DNA from: an uncultured bacterium
Lineage (GTDB): Bacteria; Bacillota; Clostridia; Oscillospirales; Acutalibacteraceae
NCBI GenBank assembly: GCA_949283655.1
Contig: CASDTH010000045.1
Span: forward strand, 12,228-76,227
DNA: 64,000 nucleotides
Direction: 5' to 3'
Each line of letters starts with the position of its first letter. The stretch's first letter is position 1. Under the pieces are notes generated by a model that was not told the DNA's origin, ran no database searches, and worked only from the letters and a program-made list of their open reading frames with translations. A program made the position numbers and the translations under genes. Positions 26,725 through 36,147 of the stretch are shown here, piece after piece.

Positions 26725-28650
26725 TTGGAATATTATGCGGATACCTTTGATGTGGCGGTCATCGGGGCCGGGCACGCCGGGATTGAGGCTGCCCTCGCCG
26801 CCGCGCGGCTTGGATGCCGCACCGTTGTTTTCACCATCAATCTGGATTGGGTAGGCAATATGGCCTGCAACCCCTCCATCGGCGGCACCTCAAAGGGCCA
26901 CCTTGTGCGCGAAATCGATGCGTTGGGCGGTGAAATGGGGCGCGCAGCGGATGCCAATACCCTGCAAAGCCGGATGCTCAATGTAGGCAAGGGCCCCGCC
27001 GTGCACAGCCTGCGCGCACAAATTGACCGGCGCGCTTACACCGCCGATATGAAGCACCGGCTGGAGCGCCAGGAGGGCCTGTTTTTAAAGCAGGCGGAAA
27101 TTGTCTCTCTCAAGCGGGAAAGCAGGCTGTGGGCCTTGAAAACACGGCTTGAGGCAATTTATCGCGCCAAAACAGTGATTCTCGCTACCGGCACTTTTTT
27201 GGCCGGGCGGGTCTATGTAGGGGATTGCTCCTATGCCAGCGGGCCGGATGGGATGTTCCCGGCCACAGATCTGGCGGCTTCCCTGCGGGAGCTCGGCGTC
27301 CCCACGCGCCGCTTCAAAACCGGCACGCCGCCCCGTGTCAACCGCAGAAGCGTTGATTTTGCACAGCTGGAGCCACAGCCTGGTGATGCGCGCACGGTAC
27401 CCTTCTCCTTCTCCACCAACGAGCCCGTTGAAAATAAAGCGCTTTGTTACATTACCTACACCAACACGCAGACCAAACAGATCATTCTTGAGAATCTTCA
27501 TCGTTCCCCTCTATATGGTGGAAAAATCGAAGGCGTCGGCCCGCGCTATTGCCCTAGCATTGAGGATAAAATTGTTCGCTTTGCAGATAAGGAGCGGCAT
27601 CAAATCTTTATTGAGCCTTGCGGCGCACAAACAGAGGAGCTTTATTTGCAGGGTCTCTCCTCCTCTCTGCCGGAGGATGTGCAGCTGGATTTTCTGCATA
27701 GCATCCCGGGGCTTACACACTGCGAGGTCATGCGCCCCGCCTATGCGATTGAGTACGATTGTGTCGATCCCCTCGCCCTGCGGCCTACGCTGGAGTTTTT
27801 GGATCTGGAGGGGCTCTATGGCGCCGGGCAGTTTAACGGCTCCAGCGGTTACGAAGAGGCGGCGGCACAGGGCCTCGTCGCCGGGATCAATGCCGCCCGC
27901 AAGGTGCAGGGCAAATCACCCTTTGTTTTAGACCGTGCCTCCTCCTACATCGGCACCCTGATCGACGATCTCGTTACAAAGGGCTGCTCTGATCCCTACC
28001 GCATGATGACCTCCCGCTCCGAATACCGCCTGATTCTCCGCCAAGATAACGCTGACCTGCGCTTAACTCCACTGGGCTATGAATTGGGGTTAATTGATGA
28101 AACGCGGTGGCAGCGATTTTTACAAAAGCGCGCTTTGATTGAGCAGGAGCAAAAACGGGCAGCGCAGACGATTCTCCCCCCCTCCGATCCCTTAAACGCT
28201 CTACTTGTTTCACGTGAAACATCTCCCCTGAAAAGCGGCGTCCGCCTGTGTGAGTTGCTTAAGCGGCCCCAGCTTAACTATACTTTGTTGGCGCCATTTG
28301 ACCCCGGCCGCCCAAGTTTGCCGGATGAAATTTTGGAACAGGTTGAAATTGGCCTCAAATATGAGGGCTATATCAAGCGGCAGCAGGCGCAGATTGATGA
28401 AATGCGCCGCCTGGAGGGGAAAGCAATTCCAGAGGAAATCCACTATCAGGATATCACCGGCCTGCGAAAGGAAGCGCAGGAAAAGCTGCAAAGGATTCGG
28501 CCAGAAAACGTTGGCCAAGCCTCCCGCATCTCAGGCGTCAGCCCGGCAGATATCTCTGTGCTCCTGATCTACTTGGCAGCCGGGCAAAAGCGTGGAGGCT
28601 CCGCTGCAAATAATGCTATAGGAAAGGAGGTGCCGCCACATGAAGATTGA
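26725..28650 (+). CDS. mnmG: tRNA uridine 5-carboxymethylaminomethyl modification enzyme MnmG
   Basis: FDVAVIGAGHAGIEAA FAD fold and a GTTCNPS-like CNPSIGG. The track ORF starts at 26671, but TTG 26725 follows GGGGGA with a 6-nt spacer and gives a typical N-terminus. Start uncertain. Confidence 0.95.
   Translation: MEYYADTFDVAVIGAGHAGIEAALAAARLGCRTVVFTINLDWVGNMACNPSIGGTSKGHLVREIDALGGEMGRAADANTLQSRMLNVGKGPAVHSLRAQIDRRAYTADMKHRLERQEGLFLKQAEIVSLKRESRLWALKTRLEAIYRAKTVILATGTFLAGRVYVGDCSYASGPDGMFPATDLAASLRELGVPTRRFKTGTPPRVNRRSVDFAQLEPQPGDARTVPFSFSTNEPVENKALCYITYTNTQTKQIILENLHRSPLYGGKIEGVGPRYCPSIEDKIVRFADKERHQIFIEPCGAQTEELYLQGLSSSLPEDVQLDFLHSIPGLTHCEVMRPAYAIEYDCVDPLALRPTLEFLDLEGLYGAGQFNGSSGYEEAAAQGLVAGINAARKVQGKSPFVLDRASSYIGTLIDDLVTKGCSDPYRMMTSRSEYRLILRQDNADLRLTPLGYELGLIDETRWQRFLQKRALIEQEQKRAAQTILPPSDPLNALLVSRETSPLKSGVRLCELLKRPQLNYTLLAPFDPGRPSLPDEILEQVEIGLKYEGYIKRQQAQIDEMRRLEGKAIPEEIHYQDITGLRKEAQEKLQRIRPENVGQASRISGVSPADISVLLIYLAAGQKRGGSAANNAIGKEVPPHED
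28206..28221. promoter_or_regulatory. parS: parS centromere-like site (inside mnmG)
   Basis: Perfect match TGTTTCACGTGAAACA to the Firmicute parS palindrome. Confidence 0.85.
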
Positions 28651-29356
28651 TCGAGAGAAACTGCGCGCCGGGGCGGCGGAATGGGGTGTCGCTCTGGATA
28701 GCACAGCGCTCTCCCGCTTTGCGGATTACGCCGCGCTTCTCATGGAATGGAATCAGAAAATCAATTTGACGGCAATTCGGGAGCCGGATGAAATTGTTGC
28801 CAAGCATTTTATCGACAGCTTAGCCCCCCTCCCCTTTCTCAAGCTGCAAAACAACGCAAAGGTAATCGATGTGGGCACGGGCGCCGGCTTCCCCGGCATG
28901 GCGTTTTTGATTGCCCGCCCGGATCTGCGGCTCACGTTGCTAGACAGCACGAAAAAAAAGTTGCTTTTTTTACAGGAGGTGTTAGCCGCCCTTGGACTGG
29001 AAGCAGAAACGCTCCATATGCGTGCAGAAGAAGCCGGGCAAACCAGCGCCTATCGCGAGCAGTTTAACTGCGCCACAGCCAGGGCGGTTTCTCACTTGCG
29101 CGAATTAAGCGAATATTGCCTGCCGCTTGTAAAGGTAGGTGGTTTTTTTGCCCCACTAAAGGCTGCGGAGCTTTCCACAGAATTGAAGGAATCAAAAGCC
29201 GCCTTTTCCCGCTTAGGGGGCAGGCTGGAGCGCGTGGAAACATATCAGATCTCCGGCGTAGGCGGCCGCAGCCTGCCTATCCTCAAAAAAATATCGCACA
29301 CTTCGCCAAAGTACCCCCGTCCTTCTGCGCAAATCGCAAAAAAGCCCTTGGTATAA
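28640..29356 (+). CDS. rsmG: 16S rRNA (guanine527-N7)-methyltransferase RsmG
   Basis: 238 aa with the SAM motif VIDVGTGAGFPG. It overlaps the mnmG end by 11 nt. Confidence 0.9.
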   Translation: MKIDREKLRAGAAEWGVALDSTALSRFADYAALLMEWNQKINLTAIREPDEIVAKHFIDSLAPLPFLKLQNNAKVIDVGTGAGFPGMAFLIARPDLRLTLLDSTKKKLLFLQEVLAALGLEAETLHMRAEEAGQTSAYREQFNCATARAVSHLRELSEYCLPLVKVGGFFAPLKAAELSTELKESKAAFSRLGGRLERVETYQISGVGGRSLPILKKISHTSPKYPRPSAQIAKKPLV

Positions 29357-29479
29357 CGGCAAAACGCCTCGTATTTTGCTATTTTACCGCGAGCAAAAAA
29401 GCTGGACTTTTTCCCTCCCCCCTGATAAGCTGGTCTTGTAAAGAGACGGACAGGCCCGAATCAGGAAGGAGGTTTTTTC

Positions 29480-30334
29480 ATGCCCCTTTTAAAGAAGCCC
29501 TCGCCAAAGCCGAAAGCCGGAGGCAATATCCTGATGATTCCGGAGCGGGAGATCATGCCGAACCCCTTTCAGCCGCGCCGCCACTTTGACCGCCAGGAAC
29601 TCGCCAATCTGGCGCAGAGCATACGCGCCAATGGCATTCTCCAGCCAATCACCATTCGAGAGACTTCGGGAGGCTATGAGCTGATCGCCGGCGAACGTAG
29701 GCTGCGGGCCGCACGTTTGGCCGGGCTGACACACATCCCTTGTATTCTCATCCACGCAGACGATCGCAAAACCGCCCTGCTTTCCCTGCTGGAGAACCTG
29801 CAGCGCCAGGATCTCAACTTTTTTGAAGAAGCTAACGCCATTCAAAAAATGATACGGGATTACGGCCTCAGCCAGGAGGAGGCATCACGCAAACTTGGCA
29901 TGGCGCAATCCACCCTTTCCAATAAGCTTCGTCTTCTGCGCCTGCCGGAAAAAATCCGCCAGCTTATACTCCAGGCGCAGCTCACCGAGCGCCATGCGCG
30001 CGCCCTGCTTCGCCTCGAATCAGAAGTGCAAATGGCAGAAGCGCTCAAACGGATTTCTAAGGAAAAGCTGAATGTGTCACAGACAGAAAAGCTGATAGAC
30101 CAGCTGCTACAAGCGCCTATTGCGCCCAAAAAGGCCGAAAAGAAAGCGCCAATTAAGCTGTTTAAAGATGTCCGTCTTTTTGTAAACACTTTAAATCATG
30201 CAATTGACACCATGAAACGCTCCGGCATTTCCGCCTCCTCCTCCCGCTGCGAAACGGAGGAGTATATTGAATATACCATCCGTATCCCCAAAAAAGGCGA
30301 GAGCATGATTCGCTCCTGCTCAGACAGCGCCTGA
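29480..30334 (+). CDS. noc: ParB/Noc-like nucleoid-binding protein (ParB paralogue upstream of soj)
   Basis: 284 aa. ParB N-terminal box GERRLRAARLAG and an HTH region. Its position rsmG-X-soj-spo0J matches noc in Bacilli, but noc versus second ParB cannot be decided from sequence alone. Confidence 0.75.
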   Translation: MPLLKKPSPKPKAGGNILMIPEREIMPNPFQPRRHFDRQELANLAQSIRANGILQPITIRETSGGYELIAGERRLRAARLAGLTHIPCILIHADDRKTALLSLLENLQRQDLNFFEEANAIQKMIRDYGLSQEEASRKLGMAQSTLSNKLRLLRLPEKIRQLILQAQLTERHARALLRLESEVQMAEALKRISKEKLNVSQTEKLIDQLLQAPIAPKKAEKKAPIKLFKDVRLFVNTLNHAIDTMKRSGISASSSRCETEEYIEYTIRIPKKGESMIRSCSDSA

Positions 30335-30485
30335 GGACCCGATATGGTTTGAGTATTCGGAAATACTTTGGCTCCTTTTTCGCCCATGACGCAGCTTCTG
30401 CGTTTTGGAATAAATGCCCCGCGCCGGGGAGCCGGCGCACAAAATAGCCCACATCTTTTCTCTTTCACACCCCACATCCAAGGCA

Positions 30486-30527
30486 AACGGGACAGGTTTT
30501 GATAATCTGTCCCGTTTGTCGTTTTGG
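30486..30527 (+). terminator. Terminator-like hairpin in the noc-soj spacer
   Basis: AAACGGGACAG..CTGTCCCGTTT 11-bp stem followed by GTCGTTTT. Confidence 0.5.
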
Positions 30528-30659
30528 GATAAGCGCAGCACTGGCTATTTCCCATACGTCTCATGGTGCGCGGCCTTTTGGCAGAGACATCGGTCCCTCA
30601 CTCTGCTATGCATTCACTATTTCGTTTTTATCTCGCTTTTTAACGCCTTCTTCGGAGCT

Positions 30660-30675
30660 TGTTTCACGTGAAACA
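30660..30675. promoter_or_regulatory. parS: parS site (core of a perfect 22-bp palindrome at 30657-30678)
   Basis: TGTTTCACGTGAAACA embedded in GCTTGTTTCACGTGAAACAAGC. Confidence 0.85.
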
Positions 30676-30778
30676 AGCAGTCAAAATAGTGGCATACCCA
30701 CAAGAATTGGTGCTACCCCCTTCATCTCTTCTACTACATTCAGTGCCTTACCGTTTCACAGCGCTCCCTAAAGCACAA

Positions 30779-30794
30779 TGTTTCACGTGAAACA
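30779..30794. promoter_or_regulatory. parS: parS site
   Basis: Perfect TGTTTCACGTGAAACA, 119 bp from the previous site. Confidence 0.85.
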
Positions 30795-30837
30795 GGGGCC
30801 TGTAAAAATCTTTGCGCCCTTCCCTTCTCCCCCGCTT

Positions 30838-30848
30838 TGTGCTATAAT
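30838..30848 (+). promoter_or_regulatory. Extended -10 promoter element for soj-spo0J
   Basis: TGTGCTATAAT, with TATAAT at 30843-30848, ~55 nt before ATG 30901. No good -35 seen. Confidence 0.4.
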
Positions 30849-30900
30849 GAAAGGCATCGTTACCCAAGCAACTGGAATTTGTACATTTTTGAGGAAAGGC

Positions 30901-31683
30901 ATGAGCAGGAAAATGGGAAAAACAATCTCTATCGTCAACCAGAAGGGCGGCGTTGGCAAAACGACAACAGCGGTAAATTTATGCGCTGCGATTGGTGAAC
31001 GAGGCTATAAAGCACTTCTCGTGGATATTGACCCGCAGGGCAATTCCACCAGCGGGATGGGGCTTAACAAGCGCTCCATTGAAAAATCCACCTACGATGT
31101 CCTGATCAACGGCGCCAGTGCGCTAGACACCATAGTATCCAGTCAATATGCAAATGTGGATATCCTTCCGGCCAACATGAGCCTTGCCGGAGCAGAGCTG
31201 GAACTGGTGGAATCTGAGCACCGTGAATCCCGCCTACGTACTGCGCTTGCAGAGCTGGTACCGCTCTATGATTTTCTGTTTTTAGATTGCCCGCCCTCGC
31301 TCGGGCTGATTACGCTCAACGCACTGTGTGCGTCGGATTCCCTTATGGTGCCGATCCAGTGCGAATATTACGCACTGGAGGGGTTATCACAGCTGATGTC
31401 CACCGTGCGGCAAGTAAAGCGCCTGTATAACCCCCATCTGGAGATGGAAGGCGTTCTGCTCACCATGTACGATGGCCGGCTAAACCTGACGCAGCAGGTG
31501 GTTGACGAGGTCAAGCGGTTTTTTCCACAAAAGGTTTACAGCAGCGTGATTCCACGCAATGTGCGCCTTTCAGAGGCGCCGAGCTTCGGGCAGCCAGTGA
31601 TGTATTACGACCGCTCCTCCCGCGGCAGCTCCGCCTATGAAGAATTCGCCGCTGAATTTTTACGCTTAAACGGAAAGGGATGA
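30901..31683 (+). CDS. soj: Chromosome partitioning ATPase ParA/Soj
   Basis: Deviant Walker A IVNQKGGVGKTTTAVNL. ATG 30901 follows GAGGAAAGG. The track start at 30778 would put a parS site inside the N-terminus. Confidence 0.9.
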   Translation: MSRKMGKTISIVNQKGGVGKTTTAVNLCAAIGERGYKALLVDIDPQGNSTSGMGLNKRSIEKSTYDVLINGASALDTIVSSQYANVDILPANMSLAGAELELVESEHRESRLRTALAELVPLYDFLFLDCPPSLGLITLNALCASDSLMVPIQCEYYALEGLSQLMSTVRQVKRLYNPHLEMEGVLLTMYDGRLNLTQQVVDEVKRFFPQKVYSSVIPRNVRLSEAPSFGQPVMYYDRSSRGSSAYEEFAAEFLRLNGKG

Positions 31684-31690
31684 ACGCTTT

Positions 31691-32563
31691 ATGGCAATGA
31701 AAAAAGGCGGACTTGGACGCGGCTTGGACGCTCTCTTTGCAGACAATGCCGTTGAAGAAAACAGCGCTGCCAGCGCTGTAAAACTGAGCCTGAATGAGAT
31801 TGAGCCGAACAAGGATCAGCCCCGCAAAACCTTTGATGAGGAAGCGCTCGCCGAGCTGGCGGAAAGCATCGCGCAGCACGGTATCATTCAGCCGTTGCTG
31901 GTACGCCCTATGCCGGATGGAAGCTATCAGCTGGTTGCCGGGGAACGCCGCTGGCGGGCGGCCAGGCGTGCCGGCCTCACCGAAGTGCCCGTTGTGATCC
32001 GCGAAATGAGCGACAGTGAGATGATGGAGCTGGCGCTGATTGAAAACCTGCAAAGAGAGGATCTGAACCCCATTGAAGAGGCTGAGGGGCTTCAGCAGCT
32101 AATCAACACCTGCGGTTTGACGCAGGAAACTGCCGCTGCCCGCGTGGGTCGCTCCCGGCCCGCCGTTGCAAACGCGCTACGGCTGCTCGCGCTGCCAGCG
32201 CCGGTTTTAGAGCTCACACGGGATGGTAAGCTCTCTGCCGGGCATGCACGCGCCCTGCTACCCTTACCGGATGAAAAGAAAATGCTTGAGATTGCAGATC
32301 TCATCTTGAAAAAGGGCATTTCCGTGCGGGAAACGGAACGTCTGGTGAAAACTTCCATCAAAGAGAAAAAGGCGCCGGAAAAGGCCGCCCCGCGACGGGA
32401 CACATTCTATGATGAGGTGGAGCTTGCTCTGACGAATTCCCTCGGCCGCCGGATCAAGGTAAATGTCAGCCAGAAGGAAGATCGTGGAACGATTGAGATC
32501 GAATTTTTTGACCGGCACGATTTGGCAGATATTTCAAAATTGCTGGACCCTGATAACCTATGA
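31691..32563 (+). CDS. spo0J: Chromosome partitioning protein ParB/Spo0J
   Basis: 290 aa with GLGRGLDALF, the GERRWRAARRAG box and an HTH. Starts 8 nt after soj. Confidence 0.9.
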   Translation: MAMKKGGLGRGLDALFADNAVEENSAASAVKLSLNEIEPNKDQPRKTFDEEALAELAESIAQHGIIQPLLVRPMPDGSYQLVAGERRWRAARRAGLTEVPVVIREMSDSEMMELALIENLQREDLNPIEEAEGLQQLINTCGLTQETAAARVGRSRPAVANALRLLALPAPVLELTRDGKLSAGHARALLPLPDEKKMLEIADLILKKGISVRETERLVKTSIKEKKAPEKAAPRRDTFYDEVELALTNSLGRRIKVNVSQKEDRGTIEIEFFDRHDLADISKLLDPDNL

Positions 32564-32637
32564 TCCTCGTGTAATGCAAAGGGAAGGCCGCACACAGCGG
32601 CCCACCATTTGATTTTATAGAGAAGGGAAGACCTTTT

Positions 32638-34719
32638 GTGCAGCCATATGTCAACTTATTTTCAGAGGGGAAAATTGGAACGGTGACCCTCAAAAACCGC
32701 GTTGTCATGTCCCCTATGGTAATGGGCACCGGTGGGTTGGACGGCACGCCGGGCGAGCAGATGATCGAGTATTATGAAGAGCGCGCAAGGGGCGGCGTAG
32801 GCCTCATCATCACAGAGGCGACCCGCGTAGACGAAAAGCACGGCCCGCTCGCCCCCCGCCAGCTGGCAATGAGCAAGGACCGCCATATTGAGCCCTTTGC
32901 CAAGATGGTGAAGCGCATTCACCAGCATGGCACAAAAATTTTCTGCCAGCTGCATCACCCTGGGCGCCAAAACCTTTCCTTGATGGTCGGCGCCTGGCGC
33001 ATGAGCGAGGCGATTGGCCGCTGCTGGCATGGCTATTGGGACATCTTTTTCAAGGTAGCTCAGCACGCCGATTTGGTGGAAAAAACAGGGCTGCTCCCCC
33101 CTGTGGTCGCCCCCTCCCCCGTGCCCTGCCGCCTGCAAAAGCAAAAGACCCGCGCTTTAAAAACAGCAGAGATCAAAACCTTGGTCACTGAGTTCGGCGC
33201 GGCCGCGCGGCGCGTTCAGCTGGCTGGGGCGGACGGCGTGGAGCTGCACGGCGCACATGGCTACCTGATCCAGGAGTTTCTCAGCCCACACACCAACCAT
33301 CGGACAGATGAATACGGCGGCTCCTTTGACAACCGCATGCGTTTTGTCACAGAGATCATCGCCGAAATCCGCCGGATGTGTGGAAAGGACTTCCCCATCA
33401 TTGTGCGCATCTCTGTAGATGAATTTTTAAGGAAAATCGGCGATCCAGAAAAGGAAGGCATCACGCTGGAGGAAGGCGTCCGCATTGCAAAGCGGCTGGA
33501 AGCGCTCGGCGTTGATGCGATCGATGTCTCAAGCGCCAGCTATGAAACGCAGAACTATTGGCTGGAGCCCACCAGCTTTCAGCCTGGATGGCGCAGCTAT
33601 CTGGCCAAAACAATTAAGGAAAACGTGCAGATCCCCGTTCTCGCTGCGAACCTGATCCGCTCCCCGGAGCAGGCCGAGCAACAGCTGAAGGACGGCGTGC
33701 AGGATTTTATCAGCCTGGGACGCCCGCTGCTGGCGGATCCCGACTGGGCAAACAAAGCGAAGGCGGGCCATCCGGAGGATATCAGGCGCTGCATCTGCTG
33801 CCTGTGGTGCTTTGAGAGCATGCTGGACGGCGCCGTACGGAACCAGGCCGGCCAATGCGCAGTCAACCCGCGCACCTGCCGGGAGCTCGCCCTCCCCAAA
33901 GAGCCAAAACGGGATGGGGACGGGCGTGTGGTTGCGATCGTAGGCGCAGGGCCGGCAGGCCTCACCGCTGCGGAGATGCTGGCAAAGCGCGGTTTTAAGG
34001 CCATCGTTTTCGAAAAGCTCCCCTTTACCGGCGGCCAGCTTCAGCTTGCGAACAAGCCGCCGCACAAGGAAAAAATCAGTTGGTGCTTTGAGGACCTGGA
34101 GCGCGCTGCGCGCAAGGCGGGCGCAGAGATCCGCCTGAACACCGAGGCAACTGCCACCACCCTCCAGGCCTTAAATCCCTACGCGGTGATCATTGCAACC
34201 GGCGGGGACGCCGTGCATCCCCGCATCCCCGGCGCAGAGCAGCCGCACGTCTGCACGGTGACCGAGATTTTAGACGGCACTGTGAAGCTGGAAGGGAAGC
34301 GGGTAGCTGTGATCGGCTCCGGCATGACGGGGCTGGAAACCGCGGACCTTTTGGCTGAGCAGGGCAACCGAGTGCAGATCATCGAGATGGCAGATACCGT
34401 CGCCCCGGGCACCTATCACCAGCATATTGAGGATATCCTCCCCCGCCTGAAAGCGCTCGGCGCCGAGGTATTGACAGGCTGGAAGCTGGTCAGCATCGGA
34501 AAAGATGACATCACGCTGGAGCCTGCCCACGGCGGTGCACAGATGAAAAAGCCCGCCGATCAGGTGGTAATGTCCGTCGGCGTGCGCAGCAATAACGCCC
34601 TGTATGAGGAGATACGGGATCAATTTGAGCGGGTTTACCTCACTGGTGACGCGGAGCACATCGGCCGGATTGCTCAGGCGACACACGGCGCTTACAACCT
34701 GGCAAGAAAAATCAAATAA
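32638..34719 (+). CDS. Two-domain flavin oxidoreductase (OYE-like NADH:flavin oxidoreductase N-domain plus FAD/NAD(P)-binding C-domain, 2,4-dienoyl-CoA reductase-like)
   Basis: 693 aa. N-terminal TIM-barrel OYE pattern (RVVMSPM.., GADGVELHGAHGYLIQEFLSP), a Cys cluster RRCICCLWC, and a C-terminal GAGPAGL dinucleotide fold. GTG start. Confidence 0.85.
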   Translation: MQPYVNLFSEGKIGTVTLKNRVVMSPMVMGTGGLDGTPGEQMIEYYEERARGGVGLIITEATRVDEKHGPLAPRQLAMSKDRHIEPFAKMVKRIHQHGTKIFCQLHHPGRQNLSLMVGAWRMSEAIGRCWHGYWDIFFKVAQHADLVEKTGLLPPVVAPSPVPCRLQKQKTRALKTAEIKTLVTEFGAAARRVQLAGADGVELHGAHGYLIQEFLSPHTNHRTDEYGGSFDNRMRFVTEIIAEIRRMCGKDFPIIVRISVDEFLRKIGDPEKEGITLEEGVRIAKRLEALGVDAIDVSSASYETQNYWLEPTSFQPGWRSYLAKTIKENVQIPVLAANLIRSPEQAEQQLKDGVQDFISLGRPLLADPDWANKAKAGHPEDIRRCICCLWCFESMLDGAVRNQAGQCAVNPRTCRELALPKEPKRDGDGRVVAIVGAGPAGLTAAEMLAKRGFKAIVFEKLPFTGGQLQLANKPPHKEKISWCFEDLERAARKAGAEIRLNTEATATTLQALNPYAVIIATGGDAVHPRIPGAEQPHVCTVTEILDGTVKLEGKRVAVIGSGMTGLETADLLAEQGNRVQIIEMADTVAPGTYHQHIEDILPRLKALGAEVLTGWKLVSIGKDDITLEPAHGGAQMKKPADQVVMSVGVRSNNALYEEIRDQFERVYLTGDAEHIGRIAQATHGAYNLARKIK

Positions 34720-34732
34720 AAAACCGTTTTAC

Positions 34733-34772
34733 GCCCCGCATCCGGAAAAAGTTTCGGCTGTGGGGCGTTTTT
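34733..34772 (+). terminator. Terminator of the oxidoreductase gene
   Basis: GCCCCGC..GTGGGGC hairpin followed by GTTTTTTAT. Confidence 0.6.
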
Positions 34773-35118
34773 TATGGAATAACGCTAGCATTTGTGTACA
34801 GGGGTGCCCATTGATTTTCAGCTTGTAGCCGCCCCCTGGCTGCGTAATCCTCCTTGCCTTCCGGCAAGGAAGGCCGCGCCATCTGCCTTGCCGGAAACAC
34901 GATCACAGGCTGAAAACGCCGAAAAACCGCTCCGGCAGCTTCAGGCGAGGGGATCGCAAGGCCGCAGGGCACGGCCGAGCCTGAGAACGCAGCGAGCGCC
35001 CGCTTGCGCACGCCGGGCGGCGATATTCCCCTTAAATACGGATGCTATGCCAAATTTAGATATCAATGAATTTTGACCGCGTTTTTTCTATAGAGGAGGG
35101 CAGCAGCTTTCGTCCATA

Positions 35119-36147
35119 TCAAGGTTCCTCCTTCTTAAAAAAGATGGAAAATGTGCTTCCATTTTTATCAGATATAACTTTTATATATCCATATTGCTTA
35201 TTGATAATATCACGGGTTAAATACAGCCCAATTCCCACACCGTCAATGCCAGCAGAGTATTTTCCCCTGTAAAAGCGCCCAAAAATCTTTGCCTGCTCTT
35301 CTTCAGGAATCCCAATCCCGTTATCGGATATATCCAACCGCAGATAGGATGGATATTCTGTGATCGTTAATCCGACAATTCCACCGTTTGGCGTGTATTT
35401 CACAGCATTGTCGAGGATATTTGTAATGGCTTCTGCCGTCCAGTTGAAATCGAGCAGGGCTTCAAAATTCTGCTCGTAATCAAAGGCAATCGTTATATTT
35501 TTCTCTTTGGCCTTGGCATAGACAGTTTTTACCGCTTGCAGAATAATATTGTTTAAACTGTTCCGTTCGGGCTTCAAACGGATCATGCCGCTTTCCAAAC
35601 GGGACATTTTAATCAGGCTGTTTGTCAAAAAGGTGAGCTTTTCAAGAGAGGTCTGTAAAGTAGCAGTATATTCGCTGCGTTCCTCATCGGACAATTCTTT
35701 ATCATCCAGTAACTGTGCAAAGGTATTCGCCGCCGCCACTGGCGTTTTGATTTGGTGGGAAATATCGGAAATCAGCGTCTTGATCTGCTCCTTTTCCTGC
35801 GCCAGCATTTGATTCTGCGCTGTCAAAATATTGCGGAGCTTCAGAAGCTGATGCTGTAAACGGGCGGTCAGTGTGTCCTCGTTTTCAGGAAAAACGATCC
35901 GTTCCTGCTGCTCGACCAAAGCCTCTATCAGCAGCGTGATCTGTTCTAACAAATCATCGTGATATCGGTTGTGCAAGAAGTCGAGCAAAAACAATAAGCC
36001 GCATAAAATCGCAAAGGCACAAATGATAAGAAGCATAAGGGCAGAAGAGCTTTCCATAAAAAGCACATTGCCAACAGATACCGCCGCTATGACAATACCT
36101 ACAATCAAAATCAGTTTTCTGTAAATTCCAAAATGCTTCATTGTCAT
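35119..36147 (-). CDS. Intramembrane-sensing histidine kinase (BceS-like)
   Basis: 342 aa. Two N-terminal TM helices with almost no loop between them, H-box ISDISHQIKTPVAAA, and HATPase boxes (DNAVKYTP, GIGIGLYL). Confidence 0.85.
   Translation of the reverse strand: MTMKHFGIYRKLILIVGIVIAAVSVGNVLFMESSSALMLLIICAFAILCGLLFLLDFLHNRYHDDLLEQITLLIEALVEQQERIVFPENEDTLTARLQHQLLKLRNILTAQNQMLAQEKEQIKTLISDISHQIKTPVAAANTFAQLLDDKELSDEERSEYTATLQTSLEKLTFLTNSLIKMSRLESGMIRLKPERNSLNNIILQAVKTVYAKAKEKNITIAFDYEQNFEALLDFNWTAEAITNILDNAVKYTPNGGIVGLTITEYPSYLRLDISDNGIGIPEEEQAKIFGRFYRGKYSAGIDGVGIGLYLTRDIINKQYGYIKVISDKNGSTFSIFFKKEEP

Noticed and set aside
30778-30900. N-terminal extension of soj from the track start ATG 30778
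   Set aside because: The extension would begin inside a parS site and adds 41 non-conserved residues before the Walker A region. ATG 30901 has a good RBS and gives a typical ParA N-terminus.
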